Translations under genes and position numbers: made by a program
The notes under the pieces: generated by a model
Database searches by the model: none
Seen by the model: the letters and a program-made list of their open reading frames with translations, nothing else
What the model was told of the DNA's origin: nothing
Assembly: GCA_002269645.1 (NCBI GenBank)
Contig: NIVC01001476.1
Location: 186,001 to 250,000 of the forward strand
Source: Macrostomum lignano
Taxonomy: Eukaryota
Length of the DNA: 64,000 nt
Direction: 5' to 3'
Part shown: piece after piece, positions 23,301 through 34,588 of the stretch
How positions within the stretch are numbered: position 1 is the stretch's first letter
Layout of the letters: every line of letters starts with the position of its first letter

Positions 23301-26300
23301 CTAGCCATTCTTAAACCATCTGAGGTTGGTTCTGCATCTCAGCATTTCAATCTGACGTTCATTCTGCGCACTCAGTCTAAATGCTGCCTACTGCTTTGTT
23401 CTATCTTTTTTGTCTATGGCTAAACCCTCGCAGCTTGAAAGTAATGATTAATCAATACTCACCGAAAGCTTTTATTCCTCTAAAAACAAGCTGCGATTTC
23501 ACAACCCCCCCCCCCAGTTTAGAGTGAGGTCCAGATCCGATGCTGTTCAAAATCGTATTGCTAATTTCGTAGGTTCGTCAGTGAATGATCGATTGCTTTC
23601 GTTCTGTCTATACGACCAAGCTGAAACTCTAGCACTGAATTAATCAAATATAGACCCATGTTTGTATAAATTCTCATCAAAATCGGTCAAACAGATGCAG
23701 AGATATGAGGGGTGTCTAAGAACTTTTTGAATGCACTAAGGTAGTATAGTTACAGATTTTTGCCCATGGTTAAAACTGACGGATGTGACGTGATTTGCCC
23801 TTCCTACTATGCCATAAAGTTGAAGTTTACTGAAAGCAGAAGTTTTCCAAGTTGCATTGCTATAAAATGGAGCGACTCAATCCAGTGTTTGATGACCTGT
23901 GGTCTCTATTAGTCTTATCCTATTCATTAATTTCCTATTATCTTCTATTAATAATATACTTACCCCATTCTTGTACTGGTAGCTTTTCATATTAACTACC
24001 CATTAGGTGATTGTCTTTTAGTTTAAAACACTCAGTGCTGCCGCAGTGCTGTTAATGTTTTTGATTGTGAATTAAAAATTACGAGTATTCTAGATTAAAA
24101 CAAACTGTGTAAATTGTTCCACATGTACGTGTACTGTACACATTTTCAGGTGAAAGTTTTCTGCATTGCAATTGTCTGCATTTTCTATATTTATCTACTT
24201 TCACTGATGTTGTAAAATTACCTACGCGTGAACTGTGTACTGCATGCTGAGGTGCTTGGCATGTAGGTATTAGACAATTGCATATCAAAGCTTGACAGAC
24301 AGATAGACACATGCAGTGATTCAGAACTTACACACTCAGACAGATCTAAATGCATTCATAAATGCATTATTGACACAGATATCAATTACAGCATTGACTT
24401 GCAGGTCTGTACAGCATTGACAGGCAGATCTTTAATCCATAATCCGCAGGCGGGCAACGAAGGCGGCGACGGCGGCAGCGGCCAAAAAGGCTCCAAAGAT
24501 GACGAGGGCAGCCCGAACAGAATGCAGCGACCCTCCAGCGCCAAAGGCAATCGGCGTCTACGAGACGGTGAGTTGTCATGGTAACGACTTCAACTTTGGA
24601 ATTGTAGCTTATAGAAGTTTCCGGCGAGAAACCGTAGTAAGCTACTCGTATATCCTACTGTAAGAAATGATGCAAAAACAAACTACTAATACTACTTACT
24701 CGCTCACAGCAGCTTCGGGAAATATTACGAAGTAGTTTTGCATTTCCCAGATTTCACAAAATTTTCACTCACCCGTTTTATTTGTACTTTATAAAAGAAG
24801 ACTTTGAAACACCAGTAGGTTTTTTTATAGAAACACTTGTAGAAAGTGGATGTTAAACTTTAAACCTAAGGTAAATGCGTCTGACATCACTTTTCTCGCC
24901 ATTGACACCTCATCGAAAAAATAATAAACCGACGATTGTAGGTCGCCGGGCTCCAGCCAGCGCGGACTCAGGTTGAGTTTTAAATTAAGCACCTGACTTT
25001 TCTTATGCGCAGTGTGAAAATTGGTAAAAATCTTCTGGCAGGCCAGTGGAATATGAATAACATATGCTATATATACTACTGACTGATTTAAGTAGCATCG
25101 ATTAATGCGATATACTATTGTCAACTGGTTTGTCTTCTAACATTAATTATCTGTATCTTCTTAGCATAGCACTGCCTCCGTCTCTGTAGGTTCTTGACAA
25201 TATATACCCATGAATATTCTGGAAGGTGTAGAATGGATTGCTAATCTATCGTCTATGAATAAAGGTGTAGAATGGATTGCTAATCTATCGTCTATGAATA
25301 AAGGTGTAGAATGGATTGCTAATCTATCGTCTTTGAATAAAGGTGTAGAATGGATTGCTAATCTATCGTCTTTGAATAAAGGTGTAGGATTTCTAATCTA
25401 TCGTCTTTGAATAAAGGTGTAGAATGGATTGCTAATTTATCGTCTTTGAATAAAGGTGTAGGATTTCTAATCTATCGTCTTTGAATAAAGGTGTAGAATG
25501 GATTGCTAATCTATCGTCTTTGAATAAAGGTGTAGGATTTCTAATCTATCGTCTTTGAATAAAGGTGTAGAATGGATTGCTAATCTATCGTCTTTAAATA
25601 AAGGTGTAGAATGGATTGCTAATCTATCGTCTTTGAATAAAGGTGTAGAATGGATTGCTAATCTATCGTCTATGAATAAAGGTGTAGAATGGATTGCTAA
25701 TCTATCGTCTATGAATAAAGGTGTAGAATGGATTGCTAATCTATCATCTATGAATAAAGGTGTAGAATGGATTGCTAATCTATCGTCTATGAATAAAGGT
25801 GTAGAATGGATTGCTAATCTATCGTCTATGAATAAAGGTGTAGAATGGATTGCTAATCTATCGTCTATGAATAAAGGTGTAGAATGGATTGCTAATCTAT
25901 CGTCTATGAATAAAGGTGTAGAATGGATTGCTAATCTATCGTCTTTGAATAAAGGTGTAGAATGGAGTGCTAATCTATCGTCTTTGAATAAAGGTGTAGG
26001 ATTGCTAATCTATCGTCTTTGAATAAAGGTGTAGAATGGATTGCCAATCTATCGTCTATGAATAAAGGTGTAGAATGGATTGCTAATCTATCGTCTTTGA
26101 ATAAAGGTGTAGAATGGAGTGCTAATCTATCATCTATGAATAAAGGTGTAGAATGGATTGCTAATCTATCGTCTATGAATAAAGGTGTAGAATGGATTGC
26201 TAATCTATCATCTATGAATAAAGGTGTAGAATGGATTGCTAATCTATCGTCTATGAATAAAGGTGTAGAATGGAGTGCTAATCTATCGTCTTTGAATAAA

Positions 26301-29300
26301 GGTGTAGAATGGATTGCTAATCTATCGTCTATGAATAAAGGTGTAGAATGGATTGCTAATCTATCATCTATGAATAAAGGTGTAGAATGGATTGCTAATC
26401 TATCGTCTATGAATAAAGGTGTAGAATGGATTGCTAATCTATCGTCTTTGAATAAAGGTGTAGAATGGATTGCTAATCTATCGTCTATGAATAAAGGTGT
26501 AGAATGGATTGCTAATCTATCGTCTTTGAATAAAGGTGTAGAATGGATTGCTAATCTATCGTCTATGAATAAAGGTGTAGAATGGATTGCTAATCTATCG
26601 TCTATGAATAAAGGTGTAGAATGGATTGCTAATCTATCGTCTATGAATAAAGGAGTAGAATGGATGGGAGTTGACAATCTATAGTTTATGGATAGATAAA
26701 TCGAACGGATTGTTAATCTAGCTAGTGTCCGTTAAGCCTACTGAATAAAAAATCCAATTTTTTAAATATCCTTTTATGCATCTCTTCTGTCTCGAGCCCA
26801 GCGATTATGCCAATGTGTTTTGTTGGCTATCCATTAACATGTATACCAAGTGCCAAAAACGTGAACTTCTGTTTTGCTTCATTACATAATTCCTTAACTG
26901 GCAGAATGCGTTCTAACTACTGCTCAGCAATAGATCAGTAGTGCGGTTCGCTAATTGCACTATAAATTAATTTCAAATGGACATTATAAATATACTTTCA
27001 CCCAGGCAAAATAGCAATTTGTGTTGGCCATTATTCCACAGTTGCTCCCCAATGTACATTTACCCATGTACAAATATGTCATCACGTGACTGCTTTCCCG
27101 CATTTATAATCTTACTATCCACCCCTCTGCATATTTGCATTAGCATGGAATAAGTGTGGAATAATGGCATCTGGGCTGGGCTAAATGCAATAAAATGCAT
27201 TTGTTTAGTGTATAGCACAGATACTGGAATAACTAGATGGGTCACTTAGCACATTTGCGTGCAAGCTACTTTCAGTTCAGTAGTAAGTTTAACAGAAACA
27301 TTTTATTGTATTTTTAAAGCCAAGGCTCATTTATTGGCTCTTACCCCCCAGCTTAAACGCTCCAAGCGCGCCTTTCCACACTATCCCCCACCCCGCGCCC
27401 AATTTCTAATTGGCAGCCTAAAGCTGCCATGTACATTTCAGTGGACTGGCTAATGTATATTACTGCTGAACCAATTAGCAAGCTGTTTACACCTCCAAGC
27501 TTGGGCTTCTAAACTTATCAAAGTCATTTCAGCCGCCTTTATTTTTATAAAATAACTTATGTATTCTTCTTTGCTACTGAACTGAAAGTAGAAAGCTGTT
27601 TTGCTAAGTATTATATGCCTGGGTGGCCGCCCATCTAGATATTTCGGTGCTCGCATTTCTGCAGCCATTATTCAACACAGCTAGGGGTGCATACTGAACA
27701 AGTCTGCCATTGCACTGATCTAGTTTTGGTATTAACCAAAATCGTCTATATTTATCTGGTTAATCGCCGCACAGACAATCTCTAATGAAAATTCAAATAA
27801 AATATTATTCGGATTTCTATTCTCAAAACTTCCACGTTACCCTTTCAGAAGAAGAGCAGCAGCGCAGGCAAAGAGGTGACGCAGAGGAGCCCAGCGGGTG
27901 AGTGGGGAACAGTCGAGGCAAGGAGCCTCAAATATTTGAAATTTTAGGGCTGCGGGCGACATGTCCCACAACCAGCGCTCACACAGGGTGTACAGCAGCC
28001 CTGACTTTCTAATCGTCGGGAATGTACACTCTTCAATGTACACACGAGGGTTTGGCCCTGATGGCTGTGAATCGCACACGACAACGCCATTTTTTGTACT
28101 CAAGCCCCAAATATGGCCGCTCATGGAATCGAACCAGGAGTCGAGGCGTGAGGAATTATAAAAAAAAAACAGCGAATAACCTACTCTAGAATATCCCAGA
28201 AGTAGCCTCAGAAATGTCTCAAAGTAAGCCTAAGATTCCTAATAATTATTTCTCGGAAAAATAAGCACACAAATATCAACTTATACACCTTGAGAAGCTT
28301 GAGAGTAGCACCTACAATTACCCCAATAGTATCTTCTGACATACCCACAGAAATACACACAGATGTACCCATAGAAATGCCAATCGAAGTGCATGTACTC
28401 TCCCAAATACCACAGAAAGAGTACCCCCCGAAATACCCAAGAACAAATACCCTCCGGAATACCCCAGAAAGAATACCCTCCAAAATACCCCAGAAAGAAT
28501 ACCCTCCGAAATATCCAAGAACAAATACCCTCCGGAATACCCCAGAAAAAATACCCTTCGAAATATCTCAGAGGTAATACCCTTAAAAACACCTACGAAC
28601 AAATACCTTTCGAAACACCCCCAAAAATACCCTCAGAAATACCCCAAAAAATAATACCCTCCTACCCGAAAAAATACCCTCCAAACTACCCCAGAAGAAG
28701 GCTAAAACACTGGGAAATTCCCCGCCCCTCCCCCACGCAGTAGCGGTGGCCGAACCTCCAGCGCCAAGCCGGCGCCGCTGCCGAAGACCAAGGCCGGCGC
28801 CGCGGTGGTCGACGACGGCAGCGGCAAGCGCGTCAGCGGGGTGATCATCGAGCGCGACCAGGATTCCGACGACGACCAGTTCGTGGTGGAGGAGGCGCCG
28901 CCAACCCTGCTAGCCGGCGGCCTCGGTGACGACGGCGGCGGCGGCCTCGACGACGACGAAGAAGGTCGCGACGAGCAGCACGGCGGGCTGGTGAAGGAGA
29001 TGCTGAAGTCCAAGCAGGAGTTCAAGGACGCCAGCGGCGGCGCCAAGGACGCCGGCGGCAAGACGGTGCTGACCACCACAGACGCCAACAGGAAGCGGGA
29101 GAAGGCGGCCACGGCCAGGGAGATTGACAGGCTGAAGCAGCAGCTGCAGGCGCTGACCCGGGAGGCCAACCCGCTCGGCAAAGTCATCGACTACGTGCAG
29201 GAAGACCTGGACTCCATGTCAAAGGAGCTGGAGCGGTGGCGCGCCGAGACAAAAGAGGTCATGGCCCGGCTGAAGCAGGAGCAGAGGTACGAAATCCAAT

Positions 29301-30311
29301 AATATCTCTAATAATATTATGATCCCTGATCCCAAATATTCTCTGATCCCAAATACTCTCTGATCCCAAATACTCTCTGATCCCAAATACTCTCTAATCC
29401 GAAATATTCCCTGATCCCAAATACTCTCTAATCCGAAATATTCCCTGATCCGAAATATTCCCTGATCCCAAATATTCTCTGATCCCAAATATTCTCTGAT
29501 CCCAAATGCTCTCTAATCCTAAATATTCCCTGATCTCAAATATTCCTTGATCCCAAATATTCCCTGATCCCAAATATTCCTTGATCCCAAATATTCCCTG
29601 ATCCCAAATATTCCTTGATCCCAAATATTCCCTGATCCCAGATATTCCCTGATCCTAAATATTCCCTGATCCCAAATATTCCGTGATCCTAAATCCTAAT
29701 TCCCTCATCCCAGATATTCCCTGATCCTAAATATTCCCTGATCCCAAATATTCCCTGATCCCAAATATTCACTGATCCTAAATATTCCCTCAAGCCAGAT
29801 ATTCCCTGATCCTATATATTCCCCGATTCTAAATATTCCCTGATCTCAAATATTCCTTGAATCTAAATATTCCCCGATCCTATATTCTTAGATTCCATAT
29901 TTCATGATATTGAATACCAACTCTGTCAGCCCCTGAAGCCACGCACCCACCAGACCCTGAAGCCACGCACCCACCAGACCCTGAAGCCACGCACCAACCA
30001 GCCCCTGAAGCCACGCACCCACCAGCCCCTGAAGCCACGCACCAACCAGCCCCTGAAGCCACGCACCAACCAGCCCCTGAAGCCACGCACCCACCAGACC
30101 CTGAAGCCACGCACCCACCAGACCCTAAAGCCACGATCTCCCCCGGTCCCGCAGCACGGCAGACGCCTCGCTGAATGGCCTGCGGCACCAGCTGGCTGAG
30201 CTGGAGCAAGCCGAGCGCGACAAGCTCGACCTCATCGCCACCGTCAAGGCCAACATCGTGCGCAACGATGAGCGAATATCCAAAATGATCGAAGCGCTGA
30301 GCCGCTCCTGA
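17301..30311 (+). CDS. IFT54: Intraflagellar transport protein 54 / TRAF3-interacting protein 1 (MIP-T3), ~653 aa, 9 exons
   Basis: Exons 17301-17553, 17660-17772, 17892-18398, 18524-18643, 19138-19236, 24450-24567, 27849-27897, 28741-29286, 30155-30311; all phases consistent, 1962 nt. N-terminal CH-like domain ([46 protein letters not shown]), K/E/R-rich linker, RPSSAKG motif, HGGLVKEML, ANPLGKVIDYVQEDLDSMSKELERW, KANIVRNDERISKMI. Confidence 0.95.
19357..19662 (-). mobile_element. CORE-SINE (MIR-like), apparently full length
   Basis: On the minus strand: A box tagtttagtgg, B box ggttcgattcc, CORE tgtgtccttgagcaagacacttaactctgcattgcttcagttcacccagctgtaaaatggg, (ATT)n tail. Confidence 0.85.
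20362..21967. repeat. 11-bp satellite (~145 units, three variants)
   Basis: gcatggaacta / gcatgtaacta / gcatggagcta units. Confidence 0.98.
21968..23737 (-). mobile_element. Mariner (DD34D) DNA transposon with long TIRs, intronic in IFT54
   Basis: Inverted repeats 21978-22160 and 23549-23730 (~95% identical by eye) flank the transposase ORF; outermost ~10 bp of the two ends differ. Confidence 0.92.
22235..23308 (-). CDS. Mariner transposase, intact ORF, 357 aa
   Basis: N-terminal HTH with DKPRSGRP, WVPRLL linker, catalytic TQDES / HCDNARPH / YSPDLAPSDY with 34 residues between D2 and D3. Confidence 0.95.
   Translation of the reverse strand: MASAYGDKVSQRLIVFAFADEGMSVNTIHQRLVSRFGDDACCRATVANWVRKRKDGEMSVQDKPRSGRPATAVNDSSAILIEELVSENGHITIDELANAAGISCGSVFQILHEHLGLSKLVSRWVPRLLTAEQKNRRYEVCLQQRAAISALGDEFKSRFVTQDESMFALYDPLSRRESRAWLPRGGGGGDVESAGTYPKKIMLSVFWDASGPLMFTWYGQGQTQNSERFCDELTRLRQELLQRRRIVRKGVLLHCDNARPHSAALTRSHIDSLRFQQWQHPPYSPDLAPSDYGLFGHVKAQLRGKRFASFPELQTAVEGLIRATPRDTWLGWIEELRMRYDKCIQRNGDYFEDFHDW
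25223..26665. repeat. 39-bp minisatellite (~37 copies)
   Basis: gaataaaggtgtagaatggattgctaatctatcgtctat unit; source of the NKGVEWIANLSS ORFs. Confidence 0.98.
27965..28150 (-). mobile_element. tRNA-derived SINE copy, degraded
   Basis: Reverse complement has B box ggttcgattcc and gattagaaagtcagggctgctgtacaccctgtgtgag. Confidence 0.7.
28380..28690. repeat. Degenerate gaaataccc repeat, intronic
   Basis: Repeated gaaataccc / aataccctc motifs. Confidence 0.75.
29320..30135. repeat. Two intronic minisatellites: 19-bp (29320-29880) and 24-bp (29928-30135)
   Basis: ctgatcccaaatattccc and ccctgaagccacgcacccaccaga units in the last IFT54 intron. Confidence 0.92.
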
Positions 30312-30639
30312 GCTTTGAGCGGGGGAAAACTTTTCTGTGATTCTGATTTGTTTTAAAATGCAATGCTTTAGCTTCATCGCTTCGGAAGAAGTATAATCTC
30401 TTTTTTATAAAGTACTTCTATCTCTGTGAGCTCACCTAACAACAGAAGAATTTCGAACACGGCTTGAAGACGAGAAACAGTAATTACTTGTAACAGTATA
30501 TATCGATTAGTCTACTCAATTCTTATCTGAATTGGGATAAGTGACGACAGAATGGACAGGTAGGGTAGAGTGCTTGTACAGCTGGGGACGAGACGTTGTT
30601 GCCAAAATGACATGAGAGCAGCTTTGACCTCTCCTGTCT

Positions 30640-30955
30640 TTTTCTCTTCTCTCTCCTCTCTCCTCTCTCTTCTCTCCTCTCTCCTCTCTCCTCTCTCCTG
30701 TCTTCTCTCTCCTCTCTCCTCTCTCCTCTCTCCTCTCGCCTCTCTCCTCTCTCCTCTCTCCTCTCTCCTCTCTCCTCTCTCCTCTCTTCTCTCTCCTCTC
30801 TCTCTCTCCTCTCTCCTCTCTCCTCTCCCCTCTCCTCTCTCTCTCCTCTCCCCTCTCCTCTCTCCTCTCTCCTCTCGCCTCTCTCTTCTCTCTCCTCTCT
30901 CCTCTCTCCTCTCTCCTCTCTTCTCTCCTCTCTCCTCTCTCCTCTCTCCTCTCCC
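30640..30955. repeat. (CT/CCTCT)n pyrimidine microsatellite
   Basis: ctctcctctctcctct runs. Confidence 0.95.
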
Positions 30956-31454
30956 CTTTTGCAGAGAGCCAGCCGCATTCAACTGCATTCTCAGCTTGGC
31001 AACCGCCCCCCCCTCACCCCTAGCAGAGTCGCACTTTGTCCAAAAATCAAAATTTCTAACGTTTGCTAACTATCATCGAATGCTGAATATGCTACTAACA
31101 GCGAAAGCCATCAGCTAAGTAGTATAATAGATATATCTTACAGTCTATATGTATACAATTAACGAGCAAGTTGTTAGCGCACCGCACTCTGCTGCACTTT
31201 CGATTTAAACAGCAGAGCCCCCTCAACACTCTTAATGACTTTGATTTACTCGTGAAATTGACTGAATTATGCTTTATTTTAGTTTACTACTCAAGTCTCA
31301 ATGTCAATAAAAAGTAATAAATAATAGATGCCTGATGAATTCGACTCAAACACACGAGCATCTTGTCGGCTCAGCCAATTTAATGGAGCGAGCTGATTTT
31401 ATACGGCTTCTGGTCTGAGCTTCTGGTTCGCCACTACCGCTTTCATAGGACCCA

Positions 31455-33180
31455 CAACAGACATCCCAAACAGAACAGCGCCCTACAACAGACACTCCAA
31501 ACAGAACAGCGCCCTACAACAGACACTCCAAACAGAACAGCGCCCGACAACAGACACCCCAAACTGAACAGCGCCCGACAACAGACACCCCAAACAGAAC
31601 AGCGCCCGACAACAGACACCCCAAACTGAACAGCGCCCGACAACAGACACCCCAAACAGAACAGCGCCCTACAACAGACACTCCAAACTGAACAGCGCCC
31701 GACAACAGACACTCCAAATGGAACAGCGCCCTACCATGAAGCAAATTTGACTAAAAAATTGTCATCAGCAGCATAGTTAGAAGCGAGACACTGAAAAACA
31801 TCAACCCGTATTTCCCCAGACTCTTCTCCACCCCCTAGCACAGAAAATTTTCCTATTGCTGTCCCTCTAGGCAACTCGTGACGCGCAACAATCTTGGGCT
31901 GGCGCCAGCGCCTGCTAAAAATTCAATCTCAAAAGTAGGCCAGCTCGAGGATAAACAGTCGCGCAGGCGGATAATCTAGAGATGAGGGGGGGGGCGTCGC
32001 AGCGCCTACCTAATTGAAACTTCCGGGAGAACTTCGGGATCCGGGATGCGGGCTCTGAGATAGATCCAACCCCCCCCCAGTGCTCAATACAGAAGCCTTC
32101 CACCCAAACTGCGCGACTCTTCAAAGCAGAAAACGAAGACGAAGGGAGGCAGGTGAAAAAGCCGGCAACGAATGTAAAAAAATAGTTTTCTAAAAGCCTA
32201 TGCAAAAAACAGTCGGAGTAGCTTTTGAGAGGGGCAACAGTCAGTCTGCTTTTGCGTGACCAACTGCCAAGATTCTCATGACAAGCGTCTTTAGTTAAGG
32301 CGAAAAATTCAAAATAAGTTTCCGAAATGATTTTTTTGATAGAGCCAATCGATTCTAGACTTTGGTAAACTGACTGATCTAAAGTGGCTTCAGTTTAGGG
32401 TGTCTCTTGTAGGGTGCTGTTCAGTTTGGGGTGTCTGTCATAGGGCGCTGTTCAGTTTGGGGTGTCTGTTGTAGGGTGCTGTTCAGTTTGGGGTGTCTGA
32501 TGTAGGGCGCTGTTCAGTTTGGAGTGTCTGTTGTAGGGCGCTGTTCAGTTTGTGGTGTCTGTTGTAGGGCGCTGTTCAGTTTGGAGTGTCTGTTGTAGGG
32601 TGCTGTTCAGTTTGGGGTGTCTGTCATAGGGCGCTGTTCAGTTTGGGGTGTCTGTTGTAGGGCGCTGTTCAGTTTGGGGTGTCTGTAGGGCGCTGTTCAG
32701 TTTGGGGTGTCTGTTGTAGGGCGCTGTTCAGTTTGGGGTGTCTGTAGGGCGCTGTTCAGTTTGGGGTGTCTGTAGGGCGCTGTTCTGTTTGGAGTGTCTG
32801 TTGTAGGGCGCTTTTCAGTTTGGGGTGTCTGTTGTAGGGCGCTGTTCAGTTTGGGGTGTCTGTCATAGGGCGCTGTTCAGTTTGGGGTGTCTGTTGTAGG
32901 GCGCTGTTCAGTTTGTGGTGTCTGTTGTAGGGCGCTGTTCAGTTTGGGGTGTCTGTTGTAGGACGCTGTTCAGTTTGGAGTGTCTGTTGTAGGGTGCTGT
33001 TCAGTTTGGGGTGTCTGTCATAGGGCGCTGTTCAGTTTGGGGAGTCTATTGTAGGGTGCTGTTCAATTTGGGGTGTCTGTTGTAGGGTGCTGTTCAGTTT
33101 GGGGTGTCTGTTGTAGGGCGCTGTTCAGTTTGGGGTGTCTGTTGTAGGGCGCTGTTCAGTTTGGGGTGTCTGTTGTAGGG
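31455..33180. repeat. Two inverted arrays of one ~31-bp minisatellite flanking a ~650-bp spacer
   Basis: cagacaccccaaactgaacagcgccctacaa at 31455-31735; its reverse complement at 32390-33180. Confidence 0.93.
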
Positions 33181-33709
33181 CTGCTCCTAGGCGAGTTGCT
33201 GCTGGTAGGAGCAAGCCCTGTTGCTTTACCTGCCCCAATGACACATTGGGATTTACAATCAGATGGTGGGGCAACATGCGCTGCTGGAAATTTTTCAGCC
33301 AGATTCTCTTCAAACTGCCGAGCACCCATTTACTCACAGGCAACAATAGTTCATTGTTTGGGTAAACATTTTTTCTAGAAAAGCAGAACTGAACTCAGAC
33401 CGAGCCAGCAAGCAGACGGGAAGGAAGGGACAGGCAAACATCGTAAGCGACGAAATCTGAAGTGGGCAGCAGGCCGCTCACTGCTGCATTCCCTGACATT
33501 TGGGAGACCTCTTGAGAATCTGGGGATGGAAAGAGCCACAATTCCGCAGATCCCTAAAAGCTCCGTTTCTGGAGCGCCGCAGGAGAGCGAAACACTGCTT
33601 GTTCGCTCTTCAGGCACTGACCAGGGAGCACTAGGACAGAGATTCTGGAGTGGCGACTGAGCTGACAGCGGAATTCGTCAGAGTTCGTGTTGCTACAGGG
33701 ATAACGTAG

Positions 33710-34283
33710 AATCCAGACTTCTATCTTCAGGCGTCCCTGGTCCAACTCTCGTCATCAATCCCAGTAAGAGAGCTTCGCAGTTTCCAATCCAGACTTCTAT
33801 CTTCAGGCGTCCCTGGTCCAACTCTCGTCATCAATCCCAGTAAGAGAGCTTCGCAGTTTCCAATCCAGACTTCTATCTTCAGGCGTCCCTGGTCCAACTC
33901 TCGTCATCAATCCCAGTAAGAGAGCTTCGCAGTTTCCAATCCAGACTTCTATCTTCAGGCGTCCCTGGTCCAACTCTCGTCATCAATCCCAGTAAGAGAG
34001 CTTCGCAGTTTCCAATCCAGACTTCTATCTTCAGGCGTCCCTGGTCCAACTCTCGTCATCAATCCCAGTAAGAGAGCTTTGCAGTTTCCAATCCAGACTA
34101 CTATATTCAGGCGTCCCTGGTCCAACTCTCGTCATCAATCCCAGTAAGAGAGCTTTGCAGTTTCCAATCCAGACTACTATATTCAGGCGTCCCTGGTCCA
34201 ACTCTCGTCATCAATCCCAGTAAGAGAGCTTTGCAGTTTCCAATCCAGACTTCTATCTTCAGGCGTCCCTGGCCCAAGCTCTC
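33710..34283. repeat. 76-bp tandem repeat (~7.5 near-identical copies)
   Basis: ctatcttcagg recurs at 33721, 33797, 33873... Confidence 0.97.
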
Positions 34284-34588
34284 CTGAATCCACTTTGTCA
34301 TGTAGAAATGCTCCCAGTCGCCGAGCTGGCTCCATCCTGCCTTCGCTCCTCGGCTGGCACAGATTGGCCCCGGTTGCGTCCCCTGAGAGGTCCCCCCCCG
34401 CCCGGTGACTAGCGAGATTTACCTGCAGCTCTAGGCCCGAGCCGGCACTTCTTTCTCTCTCTTTGCTTTTTTCGCGAGCGAGACACTCTTTATAAAGTTA
34501 TTTCGCTCTCGACCAAATTTTTGTTAGGCTAATTTTAAAAAAACCCAGTGCAGCACTGTCTGTTTATCATTCTACCCCAGTGAGGATT

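Noticed and set aside
24825-25124. Minus-strand frame with TAHKK...YFFDEVSMARK, faintly like a PIF1/Helitron helicase motif
   Set aside because: Short, lacks the neighbouring Walker A and GDFxQ motifs, and no Helitron ends were found; would need an HMM hit to be credible.
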